From Eledone cirrhosa (taxonomy: Eukaryota), in assembly GCA_964016885.1 (NCBI GenBank), contig OZ024740.1, forward strand, positions 193,130,001 to 193,194,000: a DNA stretch of 64,000 nt, given 5' to 3'. Numbering within the stretch: position 1 is the stretch's first letter; every line of letters begins with the position of its first letter. Positions 13,213-28,851 of this stretch are shown piece after piece. The notes beneath the pieces were generated by a model that was given only the letters and a program-made list of their open reading frames with translations, ran no database searches and was not told the DNA's origin. The translations under genes and the position numbers were made by a program.

Positions 13213-14074
13213 ACAGTATTTTCCGTTGTGTTGTAATATAAATATTACACACAGTAGATTATCAGCTCACGTAGAGTTTGCTCGACGGTTCCAGTTGTAG
13301 TTCCAAAAGTAATCCGGAGAAAAATAGAAAGATTTGAATGGATACAGTTTAGTTGAAAGGAATTTATTGACACGTGTTTCTATAACAGTTACATAACCTA
13401 AAACAGCTATCTACAAACTTTTAGTTATGCAGACATTCAATATTTCAATGTTATTATTTACTGTCATTTCATCAGAATAATATTACTGAGGACCTATTTA
13501 GTTTTTATAGAGAATATTAGGAGGGAGGGGTGAAGTTGTTAGAAGAATAGTTGAAGGAGTGGTTTTTCGATAGCAGTGAGAATTCTTGGTGGCAGTGAGT
13601 AATTAGATTCCCATCTGTTGTTTTGACATTTTTTATAGAATATATTATTGGTTATTTTTCTAAATCTATAGAAGGATTAGAGATAGTAAAGATATGCGTG
13701 GTTGGTTTTGTGTTTGCACTTAATTAACATTCAGACTTAAATTTTTCTTTCAAGTGTACGTATCCTTTCACCCACGCATTCACACACAAATATATTTGCA
13801 CACCTCTACAAAATACATATACTCACAATTCACATATTCATACTTACATATATATACACATGCATACACATATATATACACACATGTATTCATATACATA
13901 CATACGCGCTCATGTGTATACATTTTCATACTCAACTTATCTTTATATACACACGTATAGACACACTCATATATACATACATACTCTAGTCCATGTGTAC
14001 ACACATACACATACTTACACATCCATATACACATATATACATACATATATATATACACATATATATATATATAC

Positions 14075-14164
<90 letters not shown>

Positions 14165-14332
14165 ATACATACACATACACATACACACACATACATACAT
14201 ATATATATATAAGCACTTTAATACATGAATACACTTACATCTAACTATACAGTTAGATGTAAGTGTATTCATGTATTAAAGTGCTTATATATATATATGT
14301 ATGTATGTGTGTGTATGTGTATGTGTATGTAT

Positions 14333-14424
<92 letters not shown>

Positions 14425-15172
14425 GTATATATATATATATGTGTATATATATATGTATGTATATATGTGTATATGGATGTGTAAGTATGTGTATGTGTGT
14501 ACACATGGACTAGAGTATGTATGTATATATGAGTGTGTCTATACGTGTGTATATAAAGATAAGTTGAGTATGAAAATGTATACACATGAGCGCGTATGTA
14601 TGTATATGAATACATGTGTGTATATATATGTGTATGCATGTGTATATATATGTAAGTATGAATATGTGAATTGTGAGTATATGTATTTTGTAGAGGTGTG
14701 CAAATATATTTGTGTGTGAATGCGTGGGTGAAAGGATACGTACACTTGAAAGAAAAATTTAAGTCTGAATGTTAATTAAGTGCAAACACAAAACCAACCA
14801 CGCATATCTTTACTATCTTTAATCCTTCTATAGATTTAGAAAAATAACCAATAATATATTCTATAAAAAATGTCAAAACAACAGATGGGAATCTAATTAC
14901 TCACTGCCACCAAGAATTCTCACTGCTATCGAAAAACCACTCCTTCAACTATTCTTCTAACAACTTCACCCCTCCCTCCTAATATTCTCTATAAAAACTA
15001 AATAGGTCCTCAGTAATATTATTCTGATGAAATGACAGTAAATAATAACATTGAAATATTGAATGTCTGCATAACTAAAAGTTTGTAGATAGCTGTTTTA
15101 GGTTATGTAACTGTTATAGAAACACGTGTCAATAAATTCCTTTCAACTAAACTGTATCCATTCAAATATTTC

Positions 15173-15174
<2 letters not shown>
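13213..15174. mobile_element. 1.85-kb near-perfect palindrome with HHRs and a ~112-bp tail
   Basis: Arms 13325-14246 and 14251-15174 around a 4-nt loop (atac). Tail at 13213-13324. (TA)n on both sides. Confidence 0.95.
15019..15135 (+). ncRNA. type I hammerhead ribozyme with long stem II
   Basis: ttatt-CTGATGA-aatgacagt...actgttata-GAAA-cacgtg-TC-aataa. Mirror copy at 13364-13480 (-). Confidence 0.85.
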
Positions 15175-15234
<60 letters not shown>

Positions 15235-15238
<4 letters not shown>

Positions 15239-15762
15239 AAAGAATAGAGGTGTAACACACAAGTTATTATATATTGGTAAACGGAATAGAAATTGTTGAC
15301 AAATTGTTCACAGTGAAAAATAGTTTTATTAGGAATAAATGAGAATTAGTAATTGTATTGGTTAGTAATCAGTTTTGGTTTTAAGTTTTACCGGTTGCGC
15401 ATTTATAAATGCTTTCAAAAATAATTTTGAGATAGAGCAACCGTGATGTTTGCTCTGATCTGATTAGTTGGGGAATTCTACCTGTTTTTATGTTAAAAAA
15501 GTGGCTCCAGCGCTATTAAAATTGTTTTTTTGCGCCAATTCGTGTTGCAAAAATGTTTGTGGTCAAAAGAATTTTGATTGGTCGGTAGAGGTCATGTGAA
15601 TGTAAAAAATTGATTTTGCGCCAAGACTGAGAAATGACTCTATCACAACAAATATGTGTGTGTGTGTGTGTAGTAGTAGTAAAGTGTTCGTTGTTGTGAT
15701 AATGGTTAGCAGGGATCTGTGTGCGACAAGCAGCCTGTTGACGGTTCAAATGCCTATCAAGA

Positions 15763-15820
<58 letters not shown>

Positions 15821-18792
15821 TGTATTGCAGAGTAATTCGTGGTAGAGGGATGGTCAGTAGGTATGTGTCTGTAAGTGAGTGGGGTATATTTTAACATGTT
15901 AAAATATATTTTTCAGCTCTTGTCTTATACGGAGAAGTGTGTGTATGTGTGTGTGTATAAGTCTCTTTGTATGTTAATGTACGCGGGTGTATGTGTGTGC
16001 GTATATATGTGTGTGTGTATGTGTGTGTGAGAATATGTGTGTGTGTGTGTGTGGGTCGACCAGTAATTTTTCCCTGGTAAATCGATTCTCTCAATAGAAC
16101 ATCAAAAACCTTAACAATAAAAGGTTTGAAATGATATTCACTATATATATATATATACATACATATATTCACTATATATATATATACATATATATTTTTG
16201 TGTTCCACCATAGAACGTGTGTGTTTACGTATGTCATTGTGTTTATATCTGGGTATGTATGTTGACGTGTGTATGTTGTGGGTTCGTCTTAGGGAGAAGT
16301 GTTTAGACGGGGTCAGTATTTGTTAATAAAGTAAGATTCCTTGGTGATGCGCTGGGTGTGGGTGGCATTATCTTTAAATTTGTAGAGGGGAAAGATTCTG
16401 AAGTTGGGATGATTTTGGGCGGCACAGGTATCAATGTGTTCACTCAGTGGTATTTTCCTATATTCCCATATTTTAATTTGGGATCTATGGACAGTCATGC
16501 GTTGGCGGAGGCTGATTTTGGTCTGGCCTATGTATTGTTCTCGACAACCTGAGCAAGTTAATACATATATTAGATTTTCCAATGCACATGTGAAATTGTG
16601 TTTTACTATAAAACGTTGGCCTTCTTTGAAATAGAATTCCGAACCCTCTATTAGGTTGATGCAAATGCCACAGTTGGGTCTATCGCATTTTTTTACTGTG
16701 GGTTTCGTTGTTGTGGTTGGTGGTACTTTGGCATGTGTTAGGATGTTTTTCATTGACTTAGATTGTCTTTTGCTCATTATGATATCGTGTGTGGGTAGGA
16801 TTTGGTTCATTCTATGGTCCTTTTTCAAAACAGGGATGTTCTGGGGGATGGTGTCAAAGGCCTCATTGTTGAAGGGGTTGTGTGTGGAGATGTATGGAAG
16901 AGCTTTTAGTTTCGGTTGATTTACTTTAGGGTGTCTAAGGTCCTGGGTACTGAGTTTTAGGGCACGTTGGATTCCATTGTCAATTAGTGATGCAGGGTAG
17001 TCCCTGCCTTTGAGTGTGTCCTTTAGTTCTTGTAGCCGTAAGTAGCAGGTGTTTTTATTGGAGACTATAGTACATAATCTCTTGGCGAAGTTTTAGGGAA
17101 TATTAATTTTAACGTGTCTAGGGTGGCAAGAGTTGAAAGGTAGACATTGCTGGAGTCTGTGGGCTTGTAGTATATGTCTGTCTCTATTTTTTTGTTATGG
17201 ATCTTAATAAGGATGCCGAGGAAGGGGAGTTGTTACTGGCTGTATTCCATCGTGAAGTTAATAATCGTGTTGAGCCCATTTATAAGTTTTTCGATGTTTT
17301 CGTGCCAAAGGATGAAGCAGTCATCTAGATATCGCTTCCAGTTCCTTTCTATGTGTAAGTGGAGTGTGTTTCCAAATTTGTTTAGGACTTGAGTGTAGAG
17401 GGTGATTTCCAGGTATCCCATGACTAGGTTGGCATAAGTGGGGGCTGTTTTCATTCCCATAGCGGTCCGAGATTTCTGCCTGTAGGGTTTCTTATTGAAA
17501 ACGAAGTAATTGTTCTCCAAGATAAATTTGAGTCCCCCTATCACGAATTCTTTTCTGATGCGTTGTGGGAGATCATTGTGGCAATTATCCAGCCAGAATT
17601 GGATAGCTTCTATGCCTAGGTTGTGGGCGATGTTGGAGTATAGGTGGACTACATCGAACGTCACTAGTAGGGTTTGTTCAGAAAGTGGCATATTAGTGAG
17701 GTGATTGAGCATATCTAAGTCGTCCCTTATATAGCTTTTGATGTGTTTGTGAAAGGGCTTGAGAAGGGTATCAATGAAGTTGCTAAGGCGGTGGGTTTCG
17801 CAAGCGGGGCCTGCTATTATAGGTCTTAATTTGAGATCATTGGGTGAGGGGACATTGATGACTATGTCTGTGGCTTCTTTGCATGCCTTACTTATTAATT
17901 CGATTTTATGTACTTTAGGGATACCGTAGAAAAGGCTGGATTTACTTGTGAAGTCTGTGATGAAGCTGAATTCCTTGTTAGTGAGTCCTTCTTTGTATTG
18001 GTTGATTAGAGCTTTTAGGTTTCTCATAATTTTCTGTTGATTGTAGTGTTCAGCCTTTTCGTAGTATGTTTCGTTTTCCAAAGTGGAGAGCGCTAAGTTG
18101 ATATATAATTCTTTCTCCATTAGGACTACAGTACTACCTTTATCAGCCTCTTTAATTGTAATGGTTCTGTCGGTTTTTAATCTATTTAATTCTTCCCATT
18201 CTTTCTTGTTGAGGTTTGGCTTGTGTTATTGTATGTTCAAGTGTTGGTAATGGCAGTGTATGATGTGTTCACAGAATTCGTCCAGGATTTTATTTCTACC
18301 TTTTGATGGGGTGTAATTGCTACTATTTCTGGCTAATGATTCATCCTCATTGTACTGGTCGAATAGTTGTTCACTAAGTCGTAACTTTCTACAGAAGTCT
18401 GTGATGTCTTCCTTCATTTCATAGTAGTTAGGACGTAGTAGGGTCGGTGTGAATTTAAGACCTTTGGAGAGTAAGTTGATAAGGTTGGGTGTTGGTTCTG
18501 CACTAGTAAGATTGATAATTTGTATTACTATCGGTTTCTCCTCCCTGTCTAAAAATTCAGACATATTCCTTCTGACCATCCCTCTACCACGAAATACAGA
18601 CATATTCCTACTGACCATCCCTCTACCACGAATTATTCTGCTACACACACACACACACACACTTCTCCGTATAAGACAAGAGCTGAAAAATATCTTTTAA
18701 CATGTTAAAATATCCCTCACTCACTTACAGACACATTCCTACTGACCATCCTTCTAGCACGAATTACTCTGCTATACACACGCACGCACACA

Positions 18793-18823
<31 letters not shown>

Positions 18824-19318
18824 TTCTCTTAATAGGCATTTGAACTGTCAACAGGCTGCTTGTCGCACACACATCCCTGCTAACCATTATCACAACAACG
18901 AACACTTTACTACTACTACTACACACACACACACACACACATATTTGTTGTGAAAGAGTCATTTCTCAGTCTTGGCGCAAATCAATTTTTTACATTCACA
19001 TGACCTCTACCGACCAATCAAAATTGTTTTGACCACAACAATTTTGCAACACGAATTGGCGCAAAAAAACAATTTTAATAGCGCTGGGGCCACTTTTTTA
19101 ACATAAAACCAGGTAGAATTCCCAAAACTAATCAGATCAGAGCAAACATCACGGACGCTCTATCACAAAATTATTTTTGAAAAGCATTTAGAAATGCGCA
19201 ACCGGTAAAACTTAAAACCAAAACTTATTACTAACCAATACAATTACTAATTCTCATTTATTCCTAATTAAACTATTTTTCACTGTGAACAATTTGTCAG
19301 CATTTTCTATTCCGTTTA

Positions 19319-19323
<5 letters not shown>
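15235..19323 (-). mobile_element. Penelope-like retroelement (Neptune-type) with inverted pseudo-LTR
   Basis: RT plus GIY-YIG coding remnant. 18640-19323 is an inverted copy of 15273-15945. Tail at 15235-15272. Flanked by (TA)n. Confidence 0.92.
16313..18545 (-). pseudogene. PLE reverse transcriptase / GIY-YIG endonuclease ORF, frameshifted
   Basis: INLT..LLSKGLKFTPT, ADKG, FYGIPKVHK, LRPIIAGP, TFDVVHLYSNI, AMG..APTYANL, RYLDD, CDRPNCGIC and LIYVLTCSGCREQYIGQT. Confidence 0.92.
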
Positions 19324-19391
<68 letters not shown>

Positions 19392-19397
19392 TTATAG

Positions 19398-21243
<1,846 letters not shown>

Positions 21244-21419
21244 CTACCCTATAATAAAAACTGATACGTAATCCTCATCATAATTCACCTAACATTAATT
21301 AAGCGCCAGGGAGCGTACATCTCTCTCTTCCACTAAACCCTGTCCCCTCCCTCACTCTATTTCCCTCTCTCTCTCCCCACTCTCTCTCTCATAAGTCATA
21401 GAAGAATAGTTTTATTTGA

Positions 21420-22410
21420 CAAATGCTTCTTGACACATCACCTTCATGTATTAGATTATAGCATCGATAAATGCTTCAATATAATGTTTGCAATGTTTCT
21501 ATGCTCGAATCAAATAATCTTTGTCTATTTTTGGACATTGTGTTAGTTATGACAGATTTCAAAGATGTTATACTGTTGTGGCGGCGTTGATTTCTTACAT
21601 TTCGGCTATGTCGTGTAATTGTATTCAAGTCAGGAGAGCTAGGAGGTCGTATATGTGCGGCGATTAGATAGTGGAGATTATAACTGACAATAGTCATGTT
21701 AGTAGGTTATGTTCTTCCTTTTCTCACGCTCCCTATCAAAGCAGACTTCACAATGCTTTACATCAGCAGCATTGACACTTAAGCTCTGAGGAAAGTGAAG
21801 AGGAATGGCAACTTCCCCGTTGCTCATGAAACCCAGATCCATCACATATGCCGGAAACCTTGCGTACATGACCGTTGAAACGTTGGGAGGGTTTCTGTAT
21901 ATCCACTTGTCATTCTCTTCAATGACTCCATGGTTCTGGTCAGTGGATTTCTCACCAGAGAAAAATTAAAGCATTCCTCACTCTTGATGTATCTCTGTGT
22001 TAAAAAACCACTTTGCGCGGATCAAGTGGTTATTATTCTCTTTGAAGACATAAATCGGCCCCTCAACAACTCATATAACTTGCATTGAAGGCAATCATGC
22101 ACAATTCGTCCAATAGTGTTGCTTGAAACTTTGAGATCTATATCAACGGTACTAATTCTGGGGTTTTTATCGGTGATTTTCTGCACCTGTCTTAAACTTT
22201 AGATGTTCTGATAGTATTAGTCCCCTTAGCCGGTGTTTTACGTTTGACCATTTCTGTAGAATCTTCATCAGCGGATTCCAGTTCTTTGCGAACCTAGACA
22301 ACGAACTACTTGCAACTTTTAGGAAACAGCAAACAATATTTAAATCACTAAGCTCTGCCGTTAAGGCAATTGTTACAGTGTGGCATTTTATTTACTGAGT
22401 TTCCTTGCTG
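21420..22410 (-). pseudogene. Tc1/mariner-superfamily (maT/DD37D-like) transposase remnant
   Basis: PPSSPDLN, STVMYARFPAYVMDLGFMSNGEVAIPLHFPQSLSVNA and IFSGEK (a degenerate FSDEK). Confidence 0.8.
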
Positions 22411-24978
22411 TCTGACGGGATTAAACTGAAAAGAAATGATAATCAGTATGTTAGAAAAACGTTCTCAAATAATTAGTAGCGGTGCAGTAAAACCAGTTTC
22501 TGTTTCTGTTTAGACTTTGCCCATGGAAAATATATTAACATCGTCTAATTGCAAAATCCATACATTGTAAACATTATGGTAGACTTGAAATTCTGTAACA
22601 TATATAAGATATTGTTGAAAAAGAAACATCTGTGTTGTTGATATTCTGTTTTTAATTGAGTAGCTATGAATGGGCTTAAGTATTTCTACTGTATTAAAAT
22701 TGCTTCTACCACGGCATTTAATAAATAGTTATATCCATCCTTCTTGGTGCTATTTTGTACAAGATGGGACGATAGCATAGAAAATGTGGTACCCGGTTTA
22801 GAAATTAAATTATATGATACACGTAAAATTCAAAATATATGATTCACATTCTATAGTTCAAAGTACACGAAAATGATCTCAGAGGTTAAAATATATGGTT
22901 GAGCTTTTAAAAACGTCCGCTTGTTTAAGAGTCATAGAGCTAAAAATTTGATAACCTAATATGTGTATTTTCTCTCGTTGACTCAATGTACATCTGAATG
23001 GTCAGGAAAATAGTTTAAGTGATTTTAATCAGTTTAAATTTACTTTATATATATTGCAGCAATTTCTTTACTATGTTTATTATATATTTATATTGTTGCG
23101 TTAATGTATTAAGCCACTATTATTATTCTGTAAAAGTAAATTATGATTTTATTTTAAACTAGAAGAGACTGTAATCTTAGTATCACTAATTGTAAGAGGG
23201 GTAGGATTTCTTAGGTATTTTGTCTTAAAAGGAACCACTTCCTCACAATAGCTTTGTATTTTGCCATTTATGTTATTTCACACAAACATCGAAGAAATTC
23301 CTTTATATATTTCTAGAAAAACTCAATGATTCCGTGACAGACTGAGACGTGGTGACAAGAACATGTTTGAATTGCAAACCTCAATCAGATTATGTGATTT
23401 ATCCTAGAATTATACGCCCTTAAGAAAGAGAATATACGATGCTTACAATTCCCAGCCCAGCATAAGTACTTTACAAATACCCATTTAATGTCTTATCAGT
23501 TTTGACTAACTAATTGTTTCGTACATAGTGTAGTCGATCGAGGATATTGCTTGATACATTAGCTTGCATATTCTTGATTAATTAATCAAATAAGCCATTG
23601 CGTTTGCTTTACAAATGTCCATTATCGTCTTCTTGAAGCTGAGTAATTATATAATATAACAGTAGAAAAGACGTTGGTTGAAATTATAAAAGACATTTTA
23701 CAATTCTATTTCTATTATATAATTATTTTACAACTTCCTTTGATTGCTAATAATTTATGGCGGACAGAGTCAGACATAATTAGCAGAAACTAAATTTAGC
23801 TTCCTAGCTCTACTTTGGTTATCTCAAGTGAGACATTAGCAATATCACTTCTGACATTTTTGTCTAAATTTTATACTCTTCCAAAACTAAACTTTTACAC
23901 TTTTATATCTAATTTTTCGAAGCATTGTCACATTTTTCACGTTCACTGTCTGATTTCAACAAAACTTCAAAAATATAGTTATTCTATTTCCATTTGAATA
24001 GCCGAATATTACTAATAGAGGTTTTGAAGATAAAAGATTTATTTCATTTCACATGAAACTGAAGAAATAAAGATTCAATTTAAAAGACAAAAGTTTATGA
24101 TTTATAAAGATTACTATCCATCTGAATAAACACAATGTCTCACAGTATTTGTTTCTTATAGCATACTCCATCGTCTTTATTAAAATATCTGAGATTTAGG
24201 GCAGCAATAACATTAAACATGCGAAAGACATATTTCTACGTATATGGTGTCTCTCTACGTGTTTTCATTGCAAGTTATGAACCAATTTCCACACAACTAA
24301 TTAATCCTGTTTGCATTTTCTTAAATGTGCATTCGATATACATAATGGAAGTGCTAGTGAAAAACTATTGTCCATGATGTTAAAGAAACATATAATAAAT
24401 TAGTACTTTCAACGCATGAGAGTTTATAGGAAAATCTCGTCTAATATGTTATGCAATATGTCTGTCAATTCAAAATGTACTTAGCCTATAATACATTCTC
24501 GCTTTTTTATAGATGCAGTATGTCAAGAAATGAAGGCAGTTGGAACTCATGTCTGCAAACAATTAATGTCATAAATGAATGTTAAATAGTTTCACTTAAA
24601 AAATAATAACTTTAATGGTATATGATGATTTTGTTCCTGCAAATAATAAACCTGTATTATCCTGAACATAATTGTCTATAACAGATATCATTGACATTGA
24701 TGACATTGTATTTACACTGGGATAAGAGGGAATTTATACGGAATTCCCCTCCTAGTAGATAACATTCTTGCAGAAATACATCGATTGTATGAAAAAAGAT
24801 ACTTGGTTTACCTTTCATATACAGGTAGTCCTATTCACATAACTCTATTGTAACAAGCATTTCTTAAGCTAACATGGATATTGTATTATCCTAACTATAA
24901 TGTTAGATGTTACTACTGCATATGAAATTGGGAAGATACTGAAATAGCCTTTTCAAAGCGGGTTAGAGTACTTGGCAT

Positions 24979-25006
<28 letters not shown>

Positions 25007-25009
<3 letters not shown>

Positions 25010-25131
25010 GGAACCAGTAAGACCCCGACAGCTGAGTTCAAGCCGTTCCTATTACCCACTCTACTACCCCAAGTATTGAGTACTTTGGTGCGTTATGGTC
25101 CACCTGGTTCCTTACCACATTTCCTTCGTTA
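25007..25131 (+). mobile_element. short fold-back copy of Naiad-PLE terminal repeat
   Basis: Same termini as 6633-6842. Confidence 0.8.
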
Positions 25132-25149
25132 TATATATATATATATATA

Positions 25150-25193
<44 letters not shown>

Positions 25194-25203
25194 TGTGTGT
25201 GTG

Positions 25204-25241
<38 letters not shown>

Positions 25242-25539
25242 TGTGTGTATGCATATATATACATATGACGTATTATCTTTGTTTTTTCGTTCATTGCCAG
25301 AGAACGTCTCCATGAACCACCTAATAGAATATTAGGCTACCACTTCTTTTATACCATAAACGTGGCTTTGTCTTCGCGTGTAATTGTTTTCACTGCAACA
25401 AATAATGACGTATTATCTTCGTTTTTTTTTCGTTCTTTGCTCGGGAACTTTTCAACGAACTACAGTATCGTCTTCCTGTCTTCCTTCGGTTGCAACGTTT
25501 TTTGAAATATTTACTTCTGCGTTCCAGATTGACTTTTTT

Positions 25540-25590
25540 AGTTTCAGAAGATCCCGTTAATGGTGAAAGCAGCGATTCTTTGCTTAAACT
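25540..25590 (+). ncRNA. degenerate hammerhead
   Basis: agttt-CAGAAGA-stem II-GAAA-gca...tgc-TT-aaact. Related sequence at 62180-62235 and 62468-62522. Confidence 0.45.
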
Positions 25591-25715
25591 TTAATCTGTT
25601 ATTTTAATAAATATTTGCTCTACGGTTCTTATATATCTGATATATATTTATCCTTATCGAGCCCTCTTTGTATTTTAGTCTTCAAATTTATTATTATTAC
25701 TTTATATATATATAT

Positions 25716-25874
25716 AACGAAAGAAATGTGGTAAGGAACCAGATAGACCATAACGCACCAAAGTACTCAATACTTAGGGTAGTAGAGTGGGTAATAGGAA
25801 CAGGTATGACCCCGACGGCAGAGCTCATACCGTCGAAACGGCTTGAGCTCTGCCGTCGGGGTCATACTTGATCC

Positions 25875-25947
<73 letters not shown>

Positions 25948-26335
25948 CGAAGGAAATGTGGTAAGCAACCAGATGGACCATAACGCACCAAAGTAGACAA
26001 TACTTGGGGTAGTAGAGTGGGTAATAGGAACAAGTAGGACCCCGACGTCTGAGCTCAAGCCGTTTCGGCGGTTAATTCTGGACTAAATGAACATTTTTAG
26101 CCTGGTAAATAAATAGCCGAACTTCTCAGCGAGTAATTCCATATATGGTAAAATTGATTGTCACAAGAATTGGGCAAAAGTTTGTTGTTGAGACACATGA
26201 TTCTATCATGGCATTTTGTGAAAGGTAGGGGTAGCTGAACTTGCCAGTAGAAGAAAGAGGGAGAGGGAGTGGAGAAAATCCAGTGAAGCCTTGAAAGTGA
26301 CAACTACAGCAGATTCTAAGGATAGAAGGTCGAAA
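25716..26335 (-). mobile_element. two 3'-end copies of the Naiad-type PLE (terminal repeat plus 3' UTR)
   Basis: 25946-26335 is the reverse complement of ~47800-48182. 25716-25878 is a short fold-back copy. Confidence 0.85.
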
Positions 26336-26344
26336 AAAGTATAC

Positions 26345-26608
26345 TAGAGAAGGGCTGAGGAGGCCAACATGTCAAAGTATCGATCGCTCTCCGACAGGTC
26401 CGCAGTTCTGCCCTTGGCAGTGGAGACATCTGGTGTCCTTGGCCCTAAGACTACCTCTCTACTCATCACCATAGGCGCTGAGCTAGCCAGCCGCAGGTGT
26501 GAGCTTCGGGAGTTGGAATGGATCTTCCAGTGCGTTTCCCTTGCCGTCCTCCGAGGAAACGCCTTCTCCATTCTGTCAGCCGGGATTGCGGGGAGGCCAT
26601 CAATATGA
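26345..26608 (+). pseudogene. C-terminus of CRE-clade non-LTR retrotransposon restriction-like endonuclease
   Basis: KYRSL...PLAVETSGVLG...FQCVSLAVLRGNAFSIL. Confidence 0.75.
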
Positions 26609-27487
26609 TTGACTGACTTGTCATGTTATCATGGACCCTACTTCTGCTAAACGTTTTCATTTTGAAAAAATTTAAATCTGTCATTAAGTTGAATTGGTTG
26701 ACTGTAGCTTAGCAGCTGTTGAGAATTACGTAAACATAGAAGTATATATTCTCTATAAATCTGAGATATATATATATATATAATAGATGACATAATTATG
26801 TAATTCCATATACAAAAACGGTTAAAGGTTTGAGTATAACGCTTGTGAAATTTCAAAATATATTGTGTTTATATTGCCAGATGTTTGTTTTGAAATATAT
26901 AATGTAATATGATATTTTTTACTTCTAAAGAGAAATGTGTTGTATCCATTAACTTCGCTAAAACTTCGCGACTGATGATACCGAAGCTGTTAAAGATTTT
27001 ATTTAACGGTTGCAATGAAGGCTATGGTAGTTAAAAAAGAAATATATAATTGTTCTTCCAGAAATCCATATTCTGGGAAAAAATAACAGTTACTTCTGAG
27101 TAAAAGGAGCCACTGTACTTATAATAGAATATGTTTATTGATGGGTTCGAAGGACTGTAATACAGCAATAAAACTGTTTTTTATAACAGTTGAAGGATAA
27201 ACCGTCGAAGCTATTTCTATGTGTGGTGTTTAAAACGCCAGCGTGCTTAGCTACAGCACCGTATTAGACAAGAGAACAGAACTCTATTGTGTGTCTCAGC
27301 TCAGCATTGTAGAAAGTTAGTAGCTGTTGGAAGTTAATGTATATTCTGAATACGAAAGAAGAATTTATTAAACAATGATGAGCGATTTCCAACTAAATTC
27401 TTCAGGTATGTTAATGCCCAGGATTGGTGGAGATATTCTGTCTCCTCAAATCTTAATTTTCGGAAAATAAAATAATAAAGAAAAATG

Positions 27488-27538
<51 letters not shown>

Positions 27539-28011
27539 GTACTCTATCTACTTTTTCATTGAAGGTGCCTTGATCCTTGCTAATTACCTGTCGCTGACTC
27601 TTTAGGCACTGCCGTTTGATAGAAAAGATCTACTATGGATTTCGCATCAACTAAGGATTGTTTAACAGTGTATCACTGCTAACAACCATATTTAATACAT
27701 ATGGTTTCTACCATCGAAACGTTTTGAAATCTAACTCTTAGAATAGGAAACAAAAAATAATGCTGATATCAGTTGCCTGTCCCTCTAACTTCCAATAATT
27801 AGTTTCCAAACTTTGACCGATGAGCCACACTCAAAACGTTCCTGGTGCATACATACAAAGCAAGTATTATATTCATTGATGAAAGAAATTTAAAATTGAA
27901 AATATAAATTTAACACTAAATTTTGCTTCATAATACTCATTGTTTGGCCATCTAGTCATTTAAAATTGATGTATTCGGTTATACTTCACAGTCTTATTTT
28001 CCAATATTTGC

Positions 28012-28090
<79 letters not shown>

Positions 28091-28214
28091 GTTGAGATAC
28101 TAACTTCATGGTCGCTAGAAATTAGTTTCTCACTAAGGGCTGTATCAATGTACATTGATACACGTTCTAGATACAATGAGGGAATAGCCTCAACACACAC
28201 ATACACACACATGC

Positions 28215-28245
<31 letters not shown>

Positions 28246-28817
28246 TGTATATATACTGATATTACTGATATACTCGCAAACACATATGCGCGTGCAGACA
28301 AACTGATATATACACACACGGACACATATATATTTATATATTCTTAACACATTATCATTTTGAACCATGCATCTCCTTCAGCAAATGACAATTACTGAAA
28401 TGAACAGATTTATATTATTAATACTGCTGATATATATATATGTCCATAGTGCTTAGCGCACGTAGTCATGCGAACGTTTATCAGTGCATATGCTTATTTT
28501 CACTTTGATTTAATATTCTTAGTCCAAAGTTGAATGGTCGACTAATACTATAAACTAATATCAATGCCAGTGTAAGATTCTGCACTGCTATTTCTAGAAC
28601 TGATAAGAAAAGGGCAGTAGCAATGTCAGACATAAACTATTCAGTTAAACAAATTATAATGTTATCACTGAATGTCGACTGATTCCATTCAGTGTTCCAT
28701 CCGCCTAGAATATTTCGCAATCATCGTTCGTATTCGGGCATCTATAGATCCTCCGTTTGTCAATATAACAAAAACTACAGAAACAAACATTGCAATAATA
28801 TTAATAATAATGATAAT

Positions 28818-28851
<34 letters not shown>

